Of a DNA stretch of 64,000 nt, positions 51,805 to 63,262 are shown in pieces. The stretch is from contig NC_043015.1 of the NCBI RefSeq assembly GCF_006345805.1, positions 23,064,001 through 23,128,000 on the forward strand, read 5' to 3'. Source of the DNA: Octopus sinensis (lineage: Eukaryota). Under the pieces are notes generated by a model that worked only from the letters and a program-made list of their open reading frames with translations, was not told the origin of the DNA and did not search any database. The position numbers and the translations under genes are program-made. Position 1 is the stretch's first letter. Each line of letters starts with the position of its first letter.

Positions 51805-54715
51805 TCATGTAAAGAGTTCAGGCCACTTGAGGTCAAGGGAGGCTTTGAACAAAGCGGTCGTCGGCATCTTCACCATCTCGTCTGGCAGCTTGATCCACGG
51901 ATCCGCAACCCGGACGGAGAAAGCTCCTCTCCTTCGATTGAGAGGAAATCGTCGCAGGTAGAGCTTTTCGGAATGACCCCGCAGCCGACGCTCTGGAGCA
52001 GGAGTGAAGAACAGCTCTTTCGAGAGGTTACACTTTCCGCTTATGATGTTGTGGGCGAGAATGAGATAACCACGGCGGCGGCGTTTTTCAAGAGAATAAA
52101 GGTCGAGCGTCCTCAGCCTTTCTTCGTAGGACAAATTTTTGAGACCGTGAACCATGCGGGTAGCCAGCTTCTGGACTCTTTCGAGATGCTGTATGACTTT
52201 GAGGAGGTAAGGAGAAGAGGCTTGAATCCCATACTCCAATATGGGTTTCACCAGCGTGACATAGAGTGGTAGGAATATGGCTGCTGTGAGAATCAATTTG
52301 TACAGAATTGAACAGAATTCCGCGTGCTTTGTTGGCAGCATGGACGCACTGGGCCGAAGGCGAAAAGGAGGAATCCACCAAGATACCTAGGTCCTTTACC
52401 TGATCGGTCCTCTCCAGCAGCAGACGACCCGGCTCGAAATCAAGTTGAGTTGCAGGAGTAGAGCCGACAGGCAGATGACAGCACTTTGACACGTTCAGAC
52501 ACAGGTCCCAATCGTTAGACCACTTCCAAATTTGGTGGAGGCATCGACGAAGATCCTCTATATTGCCGCGACGAGCGACCAGTTTGATATCGTCGGCAAA
52601 TAGAAGGGTGTGTTGCGTGAGGTCGTCGGGCAAGTCATTTATGAAGACTAAGAACAACAAGGGCCCAAGCACTGAACCTTGAGGCACGCCACTGCTCAAA
52701 CTGGAGACGTCGGACCGCGAACCATTAACTTGGACTTGGAAGGAGCGATCTGAGAGGAAGGCACCAACCCATCGTACAATATCCGGATGGAAACTATATG
52801 CTTGAAGCTTGACAAGTAATAGGCGGTGGTTTACCGAGTCAAAAGCTTTGGCAAAGTCCAGTAAAACGATGTCAACAGCATCACTATCATCGAGGATGCG
52901 CGTCACCAATTCTTTCGTTACTAGTAAGTTGTTCAAGCATGATCTCTTCGGCACGAAGCCGTGTTGGGAATCAGAGATAGAGGCTGTGTTTAGGAGGTGG
53001 AGCATCATACTTTTCTTAAGGATGGTTTCGAACATCTTGCTGATAATTGATGTAAGGGAAACCGGTCGGTAGTTAAGCGGGTCTTCACGGCTCCCTTTCT
53101 TGAAAATTGGGCAGATTATCGCTGTTCTGCAGTCTGCAGGTATAACACCCGTCGCCAATGACATATTGAATAGTCGTGTTAAGGGCTCGCAGATGACCGG
53201 AGCCAACGCTTTGATAACCCGTGGGTGTATGCCGTCAGGGCCGTGACCCTTGTTGACATCGAGGCCTTGAATAACACGTTTGACTTCGTTCCGCGTGATG
53301 ACCAATCGAAGCATTGGAGGTACCGATCTATCAAATGGAGGGGGTTCACGACCATCATCTTGTTTGAAAATAGTTGAAAAAGCCTCAGCAAATAATTGAC
53401 TCTGTTGATAAGGGTCCTCAATCGATACGCCTGTTGAGTCTACCAACGTTGCAATCTGGTTGTTCAAGCGGGAATTCCGCTGGACATGGGCAAAGAAGGT
53501 TTTTGGATTGCTACTGGCATTTGCCGCGATTTTGTATTCATAACTGAAGCGTTCTTTCTTTTCAATTTTCACGGCTCGGTCTCGTTGAGTTTTGTACACC
53601 TCAAAAGCTGCAGTCGAATCCAGATTTTTGAATTCAGCCCAAGCAATATCTCTGAGTCTACGTTCTCGTTTAACCCTCTTCGTCACCCAGGGCTTGTGTT
53701 TCTTCCTCTTGGGAAGCCCAACGGGAACTGCCTGGTCAGTCAAACAGATTACATATGCTTTGAGGGATGACCATAGTTCGTCAACTGAGGACAACGTCAT
53801 CAGGGATCGCCAGTCCAGAAGCGCGGAAGCCTCGGTTAGAATTTCAAGATTAATTGCAGAGAAGACTCTACGTGGCAGCGAAGTAGTCGTGGGCGTAGAA
53901 AAAGTTGTGTGCATGACGAACTTCAGGACCGCATGATCACTCTTGGCAAGAGGGGCGCACCCAGATACGTCTGACACTGATCTTGGATAGCGGGAGAATA
54001 CCAGATCTAGCATATATGGCTGCTCCCCAGGCCGATACCTTGTCGGATATTCAACATGTTGCGATAGAAAACAATCTTCAGCCACATCAAGACGGGCCTG
54101 GCCGAACCGGGAAGATGTTGTACAAATTGATGCGGGCCAATCGATCGTGGGAGCGTTGAAGTCTCCTAGTACCAAACAGTCATGCGAAGCTGAAACGAAT
54201 CTTATCGCTTCGAGTAAATGAGCATCGTCCTGGGAGTCGGCAAGAGGCGGCCTGTAGACAGCCAACACGGGCAGGCAAAACTCAGATAGGCTCAGCTTGC
54301 AATAGACGGCATCGAATTTTGTTGTAGGCTGAGCATTAGTGGGTAGAATACCGCTGGACGGTTTGTGCTCAGACTTAACATACACAGCAACACCTCCACC
54401 TCGCCTTTTTCCTCTGTCACATCTGAAAAGGACGTAGCCCTGCAGGTGGATTTCTGAGTCCTTTACTGCTGGAGTCAGCCAAGTCTCGGTGATAGCTATC
54501 ACATCGGGGGAGTCACGTATGGCCAGTGTAAATAGTTCACTGAACTTTGGGAATAAGGAGCACGAGTTGGTGTAGACGATGCTGAGCTGTGACGTCTGAG
54601 GGGCGGGAGTTGGGGAACAGGCAGAATAAGGGATATCAGAGTTGACGGGGGTATCAACTTCACTTCGATTTGCCCTCACATCACTTTCCCTGTCAGCACT
54701 ACAGCATGGTACCAT
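51805..54715 (-). CDS. LINE ORF2: AP endonuclease plus reverse transcriptase, with one frameshift near 52300
   Basis: APE motifs YTN, ITETWL, VYRPP, GDFNAP, LDLVF, SDH; RT motifs YRPVSLTS, QHGF, DFAKAFDSV, GVPQGSVLGP, FADD. The CR1-type C-terminus (KPILEY...ERVQKLATR...LRGH) continues in another frame. Confidence 0.92.
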
Positions 54716-55851
54716 AGGTAGGACTTGATTATCTGTCCATCTTGGATTCGTAAACCCTTCTCTCCCATTTGTTTCCTCATCTTTAGTTCGGATATCAGGT
54801 TTCTCCGGCGAATTCTCTCTCTTAGTGAGTATTCTTCGCGAAAACCCATATTGGGGTCCTCCCAGGCATGCGTCTGAGCTCTGTTCAGTAAGACTGAAGC
54901 CTCCCGATCAGAAGAAAAGATTACCCTTATTGGGCGTGGTCTAGTATCTACAGTTGGGTTCGCTTGGAATCTTCCTAGCCGAGCGACCTTAAGGACACTG
55001 ACCTTTTCGTTCACAGAGAACAATTCTCCAACCAAAATGGAAGCAAAATTAATGTCATCTTTTAGGCGGTTTATGCCTGTATCACGGGTGGATTCAGCTT
55101 TACCGTAAATTATTGCTGATCTTGAGTGGGCAAAATGTTCTCTACTATGAGCTGTGGTATTCGATTCTTCATTGGAGGATTTCGAAAGGGTGGTTTCATA
55201 GCCATCGGACTTATGTCGGCCTGTGAGGTCGATCGGAATGGGTTTAGTGGTCATAATTTTCCCCCCTGGTTTGGAACTGCACTGTCTCTTCTTCGGTTTG
55301 GGGGAGCGCCACTCCCCAGATGAACTCACATCGAGATCGTTCAGAATTGGTTGAGCAATGGCATTAATGGGAAGGACAGGTGAGGGAGAATCCAAACGGA
55401 TTTTATCGTGATCAGGTTTCATAGCCAAATCTGCCCCTCTGGAGTTTTGACTACGTTTCTTCTTTTGGGGAGAACAACGGTCTTCAGGTGGGTTTGAGTC
55501 TACGCTCCTCAAATTAGGTTGGGGAACCTCCGGGACCGAAAAGGCAGATGAGGAAGAATCCGCACAGGAACGATCATGTGCAGAAACGACCGCCGGTTCC
55601 TTCGCCTTCTTTGGCCGCTTCGATTTTGTTCCCTTCGGTTTGGACGTCTCCAGGGAAGAAATCAAGGGTGACTCTGCGTCAACAGGAGACTGTTTATCGT
55701 GGTCAGGTTTCATAGCTAAATCCGCCCCACTGGAGTTTTGACGACGTTTCTTCTTTTGGGGAGAACAATGGTCTTCAGGTGGGTTTGAGTCTACGCTCCT
55801 CAAATTCGGTTGGGGAACCTCCGGGACCGAAAAGGCAGATGAGGAAGAATC
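54676..55851 (-). CDS. LINE ORF1, N-terminally truncated, with a 53-aa internal duplication
   Basis: C-terminal ARLGR...RPRPIRVIF...EYSLRERIRRRNLISEL is typical of LINE ORF1p. Overlaps the ORF2 start by 40 nt. The ORF-track start at 55896 lies outside the TSD. Confidence 0.8.
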   Translation of the reverse strand, partial: DSSSSAFSVPEVPQPNLRSVDSNPPEDHCSPQKKKRRQNSSGADLAMKPDHDKQSPVDAESPLISSLETSKPKGTKSKRPKKAKEPAVVSAHDRSCADSSSSAFSVPEVPQPNLRSVDSNPPEDRCSPQKKKRSQNSRGADLAMKPDHDKIRLDSPSPVLPINAIAQPILNDLDVSSSGEWRSPKPKKRQCSSKPGGKIMTTKPIPIDLTGRHKSDGYETTLSKSSNEESNTTAHSREHFAHSRSAIIYGKAESTRDTGINRLKDDINFASILVGELFSVNEKVSVLKVARLGRFQANPTVDTRPRPIRVIFSSDREASVLLNRAQTHAWEDPNMGFREEYSLRERIRRRNLISELKMRKQMGEKGLRIQDGQIIKSYLWYHAVVLTGKVM

Positions 55852-56504
55852 ATTTAGTGCTGTGAATTTGCATAAGGGTGATGGTTTCATAACCATGTTG
55901 TTTCGTAATCATGATATTTCATTAACATGTAGTTATCAAAGTCGACAGCAAGTTACACATCATGCATCACAAAGGAAAAATCCCTTATGAAATGCTTTTA
56001 TCGATTTAATAATTTCTTTGCGTTTGACACCTTTGTTTCCATTCGAAATTTCGCTTTGACATCTCGTTCCAATAGACTCCAACAAACTTGGCGGCACTAC
56101 TGATGCTTTCTCATTTGCGGCTCAATAATTGCTAAGAGTCAGTGTGAAACTGCTTGGAGGCATTCACGCCAATCACTTTATTAAAATTAGTTATAATGTG
56201 TGTGTGTATGTGTGTGTGTGTATGTGTGTGTGTGTGAGTGTGTGTGTTATGCACTCTTGTGTTCTTGCGAATAAGAAAATAAAAAATACGAAGAATAGAG
56301 CATCGTATGTTATTCTACGAAGCGAAACTACAATATTCTAGAAAACCGTATTTAAGCTTATTTCTTCTGACCGAATAAGTTTATATTTTTTCATATTTCA
56401 CTTAATTTTAGTTTTCAATCGTATTTTCTATTTTATTAGAACATTGAAATATAAAGAAACAGGAGAGAAGAGAAATAGGAAAGGAAAAGAAAGAAAGGGC
56501 AACA

Positions 56505-56719
56505 AAAATGTTGGTGGGGGATAAAGCAGCTTAGGCACAAGACCCGAAATGTTTGTGGTGGGGGAGGGGCTGTCGATTAGATCGAACCCCAGTAAGCAAA
56601 TCGTACTTAATCTATCGACCAGGAAAGGATGAAAAGCAAATTTGGCGTCGGTAGAATTTGAACTCAGAACGTAAAGACTGACGCCCGACGCGCTAACGTT
56701 TCTGCCAGTTGGCCGCCTT
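56505..56719 (-). mobile_element. SINE family B-like, diverged
   Basis: GAATTTGAACTCAGAACGTAAAG...GCTAACGTTTCTGCCAGTTGGCCGCCTT. Confidence 0.75.
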
Positions 56720-59352
56720 ATGGCACACATATTGTAGAAGAAATAATGTGCTCATTCACGATAGCGTTCCCGCGGAGACTGACCGGAGACATTCACGGTA
56801 GCGTCTCCTCCATCTAACACATTGATATAGAAGAAGCTAAATAAGTAGCGGGTTAGGAAGCTAGACGTACAGCCAGTCAGATAGACAGACAGAACCTACT
56901 ACTTCTCTATTAATTTAGTTGATATAGAAACATACATATTTACTCAGATGCAACGCAATTTCCCACTATTCCTTTCATTCATCGGGAAATTTTAAGACTA
57001 TTGCGACAAAACAATCATTTTGTTTGGACAAACAAACAAATATTTGATTTATGTCTTTTTTCCTCGATACTTATTTTAATGAATTCAGATGAACATATTC
57101 TTCAACCTTAATGAGTTTCATTGTTATGTCTTCAATACACTATAAGTGAATTTGCTAATTAATACAACTAATGAATTTCAATTTCAAAAAAGAAAATGAA
57201 AAATTTCGTCTCTTTATTATGACGGAGTGATTTCATTAGATTTGTCGAATCCGTTAGATGTAATTAAGTACTTAAAATAGGGATGATTGAACTGTGCATT
57301 AAATAAGAGTGGTGTCTTGTAATTATTAACTCTTGCCCGATGAACTGATGGAGGTACATGAGAAAAGCTTCTTAACAGTGTCTCACCTCCTAACTACGCA
57401 TAGATTTCTGAACATCTAAAATAATTCTTACCAGTCAAGAAGTCATTAGCAGCAGTCAAATTCCATTCAAATCACACAATAGGTTCCTAAATAAGGAAAT
57501 AATACCTTTGTTCCTATAGTGCTATATATTCCCACAACAACGGCTTGAATGTCTTTCATTGTAGCACTACCCGATCAGATGTAAGATGAAACGAACGGAC
57601 GGGACACTAACAATTATATTTTCCCATGAACCTATGAATAATGACATGCTCCACTGTCCATGTAGGAAATTAAAACTAATTTCTTTAAATAGGCGAATAA
57701 GTTCTTAAATTTCAAATATTTTCTAATGTGTCATTTTGGAAAGAAACCGAGTCCTTCATCCATGTTAGTCAAGGTTTCTGTAGCAACTGTCACAAGGGAA
57801 TTTATTTTCAAATTAGAGTTCTTGTGGGAAATCCTGAAAGAAAATGAAGTTTACTAAAGCTACTCAGGAACCAGATAGCTTCCCCATTACTTTCCTCTAC
57901 CAGATGTAATTCCCATTATATTGTTTATCATGAGGCTGGGAGAAAAGACATTTTCTAATTGTACTGACTAATCAGATTGAACTACATGATTACTATACGT
58001 ACCACTTATTCAAAGACTGGTCCTCACTTCTATATCAGCACCACAAGCACAGACACACACTGGACTCCCTGTTTTACTAAAATGTTTCACTAAACACAGA
58101 AAATTGCACTTTTAGAACTGATACCTATCGTTTTTGAGACATAAGGCTAGCAATTTGGGAACAGCTCCTTGTCGATTAAGGGGCTTCGAATACTTGACTG
58201 GTGGTTTAAATTTCGATGACGTAAAGATAACCGCCGTAGACCAGATCGGTAGGACTTGAAATCCCGTCTCAGGCATTAAAACTAACAAAATACTCCTAAT
58301 GGATTTCAACACTACTTTGATAAAAATCAGTTAAATACAAGCATTTTTCATAAAACTAATTCAGGCAAAAATGCCAGCGGATATTGAAAGGGTTATATTG
58401 TTGATTACATTGACCCAGGTACCTAATTGGTATTTTGCTCTTTTGAATTCGGAGTCAGACGGGGCACGGTTGACCACGATGGGATTTGAAATGGTAATGA
58501 AAAGAGCAGGATCGAAGTTAGACAATGTTGTTATGGACGACGTTCTATTGATTAATGTAGCCCACCAGCTTTAAAACTAATTGTCTGTAATTTAGACATA
58601 AGAAGAAGGGGATCATTCTATTATATCAACAGAAGTTCTCGACTGGACGCTTGATTTTATTGATCCCGTAAGGGTAAAAGCAAAGTCCAGTTCGTTGAGA
58701 CTTGAAACTAGATCAAAGGTCACAAAACTAACAAGACACGGCAAATGAATGTTAGTATCGATCTATGAAAATCAGCAATCTACCGCCCTCTTTCCTAATG
58801 CTAATAATAATGACAGTGATCAATGTGAATTAGATCCATCTCTACGAAGTATTACGTGTAAGTCTAACAATTAGGTTCAGCTGCTATTCTGTTACATGAA
58901 GGCAGTCTCTGGCAACGAAATCAATTATGGAATAATTCTCATTAGATACAATCAACTCGATGCGGTGAGAAGGGCTGTATTTAGAGCTGATTACAAATTT
59001 GAGAATTATTATTAGTGTTCTATGCTCTACCTGCCGCTTGAATGCGTGGGAGAAGCTTCTGGTGTCCTGGATAAATCAAAGAATGTATATAAATATATGT
59101 GCATGCAGGAGTATGTGTGTGAGTGTATGCCTGAGTGTGTGTTTATGTGTGTGTGTGTATGCACAAATAATGTATATTTACGTGTATAAATATATCTACA
59201 TATATGCGTATGAATAAATGTGCTTGTATATATGTATACATACATATAATTGCATATTCCTGTACATGTATGTGCACACACACATGTACATATATATGTT
59301 ATATTTATATGTTTTATGCATATATATAAATATATATATTTAGATATACATG

Positions 59353-59384
<32 letters not shown>

Positions 59385-59430
<46 letters not shown>

Positions 59431-59813
59431 TGCGTGCTTACTTCCATGTAGTATCGGAATAAATTATGGGATAGTGTAAAACGGTGTCTCAATAATGAAT
59501 TTCTTGCCAATCCCTGTGAATCTGCTTGGATAAAGATGACTAAAGCAGAATGATAGAAATTGGTATTTAATATGGATAACCGATATGATCTTTGGGATGT
59601 TTGTGATGAAACAGGTGACTCTACTGTGATAGGATGAGTGGTAGCTATATATGAGTGTACACACACATACCCATGTATGCACATCTCACTCTCTCTCTCT
59701 TTCTCTGCATCTGTCTATCTGTATAGAAATACGCACACACACACACATATATATATATATATTATATTATCGAACGCCACGCGTCCTTTTCCAAGTACAT
59801 TATATATATATAT

Positions 59814-59881
<68 letters not shown>

Positions 59882-60260
59882 CTTACTTCCATGTAGTATC
59901 GGAATAAATTATGGGATAGTGTAAAACGGTGTCTCAATAATGAATTTCTTGCCAATCCCTGTGAATCTGCTTGGATAAAGATGACTAAAGCAGAATGATA
60001 GAAATTGGTATTTAATATGGATAACCGATATGATCTTTGGGATGTTTGTGATGAAACAGGTGACTCTACTGTGATAGGATGAGTGGTAGCTATATATGAG
60101 TGTACACACACATACCCATGTATGCACATCTCACTCTCTCTCTCTTTCTCTGCATCTGTCTATCTGTATAGAAATACGCACACACACACACATATATATA
60201 TATATATTATATTATCGAACGCCACGCGTCCTTTTCCAAGTACATTATATATATATATAT
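59385..60260. repeat. Direct tandem duplication with a 445-bp period
   Basis: GCTTACTTCC starts at 59436 and 59881. The unique sequence appears identical and only microsatellite lengths differ. Confidence 0.95.
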
Positions 60261-60302
60261 ACATGGATGTTTACGTAAATAATATATATATATATATATA
60301 TG

Positions 60303-60371
<69 letters not shown>

Positions 60372-61429
60372 TGTGTGTGTGTGTGTCTGTGTGTGTGTGT
60401 GTGTCTGTGTGTCTGTGTGTGTATGTATGAAGAGGGTGAGAGATGGACTAGCAGAAAGAGAGGCTGACAGATTGACAGACAAAAGGAGAAAGAGAGAACT
60501 TGAGAGAAATAGGAGATAGAAATATGTGTAGACTATTGTATGTAGACGTATGCTGTGTGTCTCTGTACCCAATCATTTCTATGTGTACAGCAGTTGTATG
60601 CATGCGCGTGCCTAGTTTATAAGCATATGTGTTAGGTATGTTTGTATAATACATAATTACAATAGAATGTTTTTCTGTATATTTGCATATCAGGTCTGTC
60701 ATAGATATAGTTTAAACGTGACCAGCGAAAGATAGAATTGTAATTGATTGTCTGTATGTTATTATTATATGCAATAAATTATATGCCTCAACGCTAATGA
60801 ACAACATAATAATGGACGAGTAGTAAAATGTAGCAGCATGCAGCGAATAGAAATATCTGATATGAAATTTATGACATGAAGCAAGATATTTCATGTAAAA
60901 TGGTTCGTATTGCAGAGAGAGATTATATGTTTGAAAGATACAAATTTAAGAAAGGTATTTTGCGTTGAGCTGTTGTATGCAATATCATATAAAGAAAAAA
61001 AATATCATTTCCACGAACTACACATTTGGGACTACTGTCTTGATGAGGGCTTTTAGTGACTATATCGAAATATATATTTTGGCTGTAATGAAACAGATTC
61101 TAGTGTTTTGTAGTTTCGAAATCAATCAAAAGTGATACTGGTGATAACGTTCAGTATCATGAAATGTAGCTGGCCTGCCTATCACTAAGCAACTACTGCT
61201 CTTAGGGCGTAAGCGATTAATCGTTACTTATTTTGGTTTTAAGCACATTGTGGAAACCATATAAATGCAGGGCCAAATTCCGCTGTACCTATGTTAAATG
61301 GAATGTCGAGTAGGATAGACGTAATGTTTAGTCATGTTCGGTAATGAATGATTGAGAAACGTTTTGCAACTGGAATCGACTGCTTCCTATACACACACAT
61401 GTGTGTGTGTGCATATATATATATATATA

Positions 61430-61530
61430 CGACGGGCTTTTTTCAGTTTCCTTCTACCAAATCCACTCCCAAGGCTTTAGAATCATGTGGTTGGTAAGTA
61501 AGCTACCTACCACACAAACACTCCTGCGCC
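61430..61530 (-). mobile_element. SINE family D head, internally deleted
   Basis: Ends ACTCCTGCGCC; contains CTACCAAATCCACTC. Confidence 0.75.
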
Positions 61531-61582
61531 TGTGTATGTATGTATGTGTGTATGTATTATGTATGTATATATATATATATAT

Positions 61583-62826
61583 AACGGGAAGCTTTATGAA
61601 AATAGACAAAAGACGAAGGCAGGTGGAAAACAAACAAACAATTGTATTAGTATGGCGCTCAGGAAATATAAATAAAACAAGTCTTTAACGTTTCGAGCCT
61701 ACGCTCTTCAACAGAAAGATACACAGAGAGAAAAAAAACACAGAAAGGAGAGAAAAAAAATGCGTGCAGTAACTAACGAATCAACATGGCGATCTGATTT
61801 CGGCCAGAGGTCAAAGATCAAACATGAGACGCGAGAGCGAAATAAGGGGAGATAATAGGGTTGATAATAGGGTTGAATGACCAGCTATTAGTGCGTAGGA
61901 GAGGTCTGGACGTGTGTATGTATAGGGTTGGTGTATGTATTAGTATGTATTAGTATGTATAAGGGTGTGTGTGTGTGTGTGTGTATGAGAGAGTATTAGT
62001 GCATAGGATAGGTCTGGATGTGCGTATGTATGGGGTTGGTGTATGTATTAGTATGTATTAGTATGTATTAGTACGTATTAGTATGTATAAGTGTGTGTGT
62101 GTGTATGAGAGAGTATAATTGCGTATGAGGGGTCTGGACGTGTGTATGTATAGGGTTGGTGTATGTATTAGTATGTATTAGTATGTATTAGTACGTATTA
62201 GTATGTATTAGTTGGTGTATGTATTAGTATGGCACATCATATAAGATGTGATGTGTAAAGTCGTGTGGTGTAATGTGGAGAGGGGAGAAGAGGGGGAGGA
62301 GAGATGGGAAGAGGAGGGGCGGGGCGGGTAGGGGGGAGATGGGGGGGAGATGGAGAGAGAGGAGAGAGAGGAGGGGGAGAAGGAAGGGGAGGAGGAGGGG
62401 AAGGAGGAAAGAGGGAGAGGGGGAGAGAGAAGGGGAGTGAGGGAGCAGAGGGAAGGGGAAGAGGGAAGGAGGGAGGGAGAAAGAGGGAAGAAGGGAAGGG
62501 GAGTAGGGGTGAAAGGATGAATGACTGAAGAAGTAGGGGTCCGGGGGGAAGGATAGGTGAGGAGGGGGGGGGAGAGTTGAGACCAAATGGCGTATAAGAG
62601 CGAAGAGAGAAGATTAATTCCTGTTCACGGCGCAAACGGGAATCCGGATGGCCTCTGTGTAAGGACAAACCGAACACAGATAGGTGTTGCAAGGAGTGAC
62701 CGGTGGAGCGGAAATGGCGTGAGACCGGTGTGTCGTTCGCAAGGTGGATGTCACGAAGGTGTTCCGCGAACCGGTCAGCCAAGCGGCGTCCCGTTTGTCC
62801 GATGTACAAGGAATGGCAGAGAGAGC

Positions 62827-62828
<2 letters not shown>
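61583..62828 (-). mobile_element. 5'-truncated Penelope-like element: GIY-YIG endonuclease half, pyrimidine-rich tract, minisatellite, and pseudo-LTR with hammerhead-like motif
   Basis: CSLCHSLYIGQTGRRLADRFAEH...PVSRHF...RREQELIFSL...GLN (62826 to ~62575); terminal motif at 61682-61719. Confidence 0.88.
61885..62230. repeat. Nested minisatellite: three ~110-120-bp units, each containing (GTATGTATTA)n
   Basis: GGTCTGGAYGTG...GGGTTGGTGTATGTATTAGTATG is repeated three times. Confidence 0.85.
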
Positions 62829-62879
<51 letters not shown>

Positions 62880-62883
<4 letters not shown>

Positions 62884-63080
62884 TGTGTTTGTCCCCGCCA
62901 ACATCGCATGACAACCGATGCTGGTGTGCTTACGTCCCCGTAACTTAGCTGTTCGGCAAAAGAGCTCGATAGAATAAGTACTAGGCATACAAAGAATAAG
63001 TCCTGGGGTTAATGTTCCCGACGAAAGGTGGTGCTCCAGCATAGCCACATTCAAATGTCTGAAAAAGCTATAAGAGTAAA
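62880..63080 (+). mobile_element. SINE family D, 3' part
   Basis: TGTTTGTCCCC...GACAACCGATGCTGGTGTG...GGTGCTCCAGCAT. Confidence 0.8.
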
Positions 63081-63116
63081 AGACTATATATAAATAAATA
63101 TACATATATATATATA

Positions 63117-63189
<73 letters not shown>

Positions 63190-63262
63190 GTGTGAGTGTG
63201 TTTATATACACACATGCATATGTACAGATTGAGTGAGTGAGATATATATACCTATATATATA

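Larger units (their letters stand above)
51723..55851 (-). mobile_element. Young CR1-group LINE, 5'-truncated within ORF1
   Basis: ORF1, ORF2, a short 3' UTR with stem-loop CCATGT/ACATGG (51767-51784), and a (TAAC)n tail. Probable 7-bp TSD ATTTAGT at 51716-51722 and 55852-55858. Visibly more GC-rich than the flanks. Confidence 0.95.

Noticed and set aside
51781-55323. Plus-strand ORFs overlapping the CR1 element (for example 51781-52272, 52809-53072, 53592-53936)
   Set aside because: These are antisense shadows of GC-rich ORF1/ORF2.
61850-61880. GATAATAGGGTT twice, superficially telomere-like
   Set aside because: It is not TTAGGG, has only two units and lies within the Penelope 3' region.
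59385-62230. Repeat-spacer patterns as a CRISPR array
   Set aside because: The context is eukaryotic, there are no constant-length unique spacers and no cas genes.
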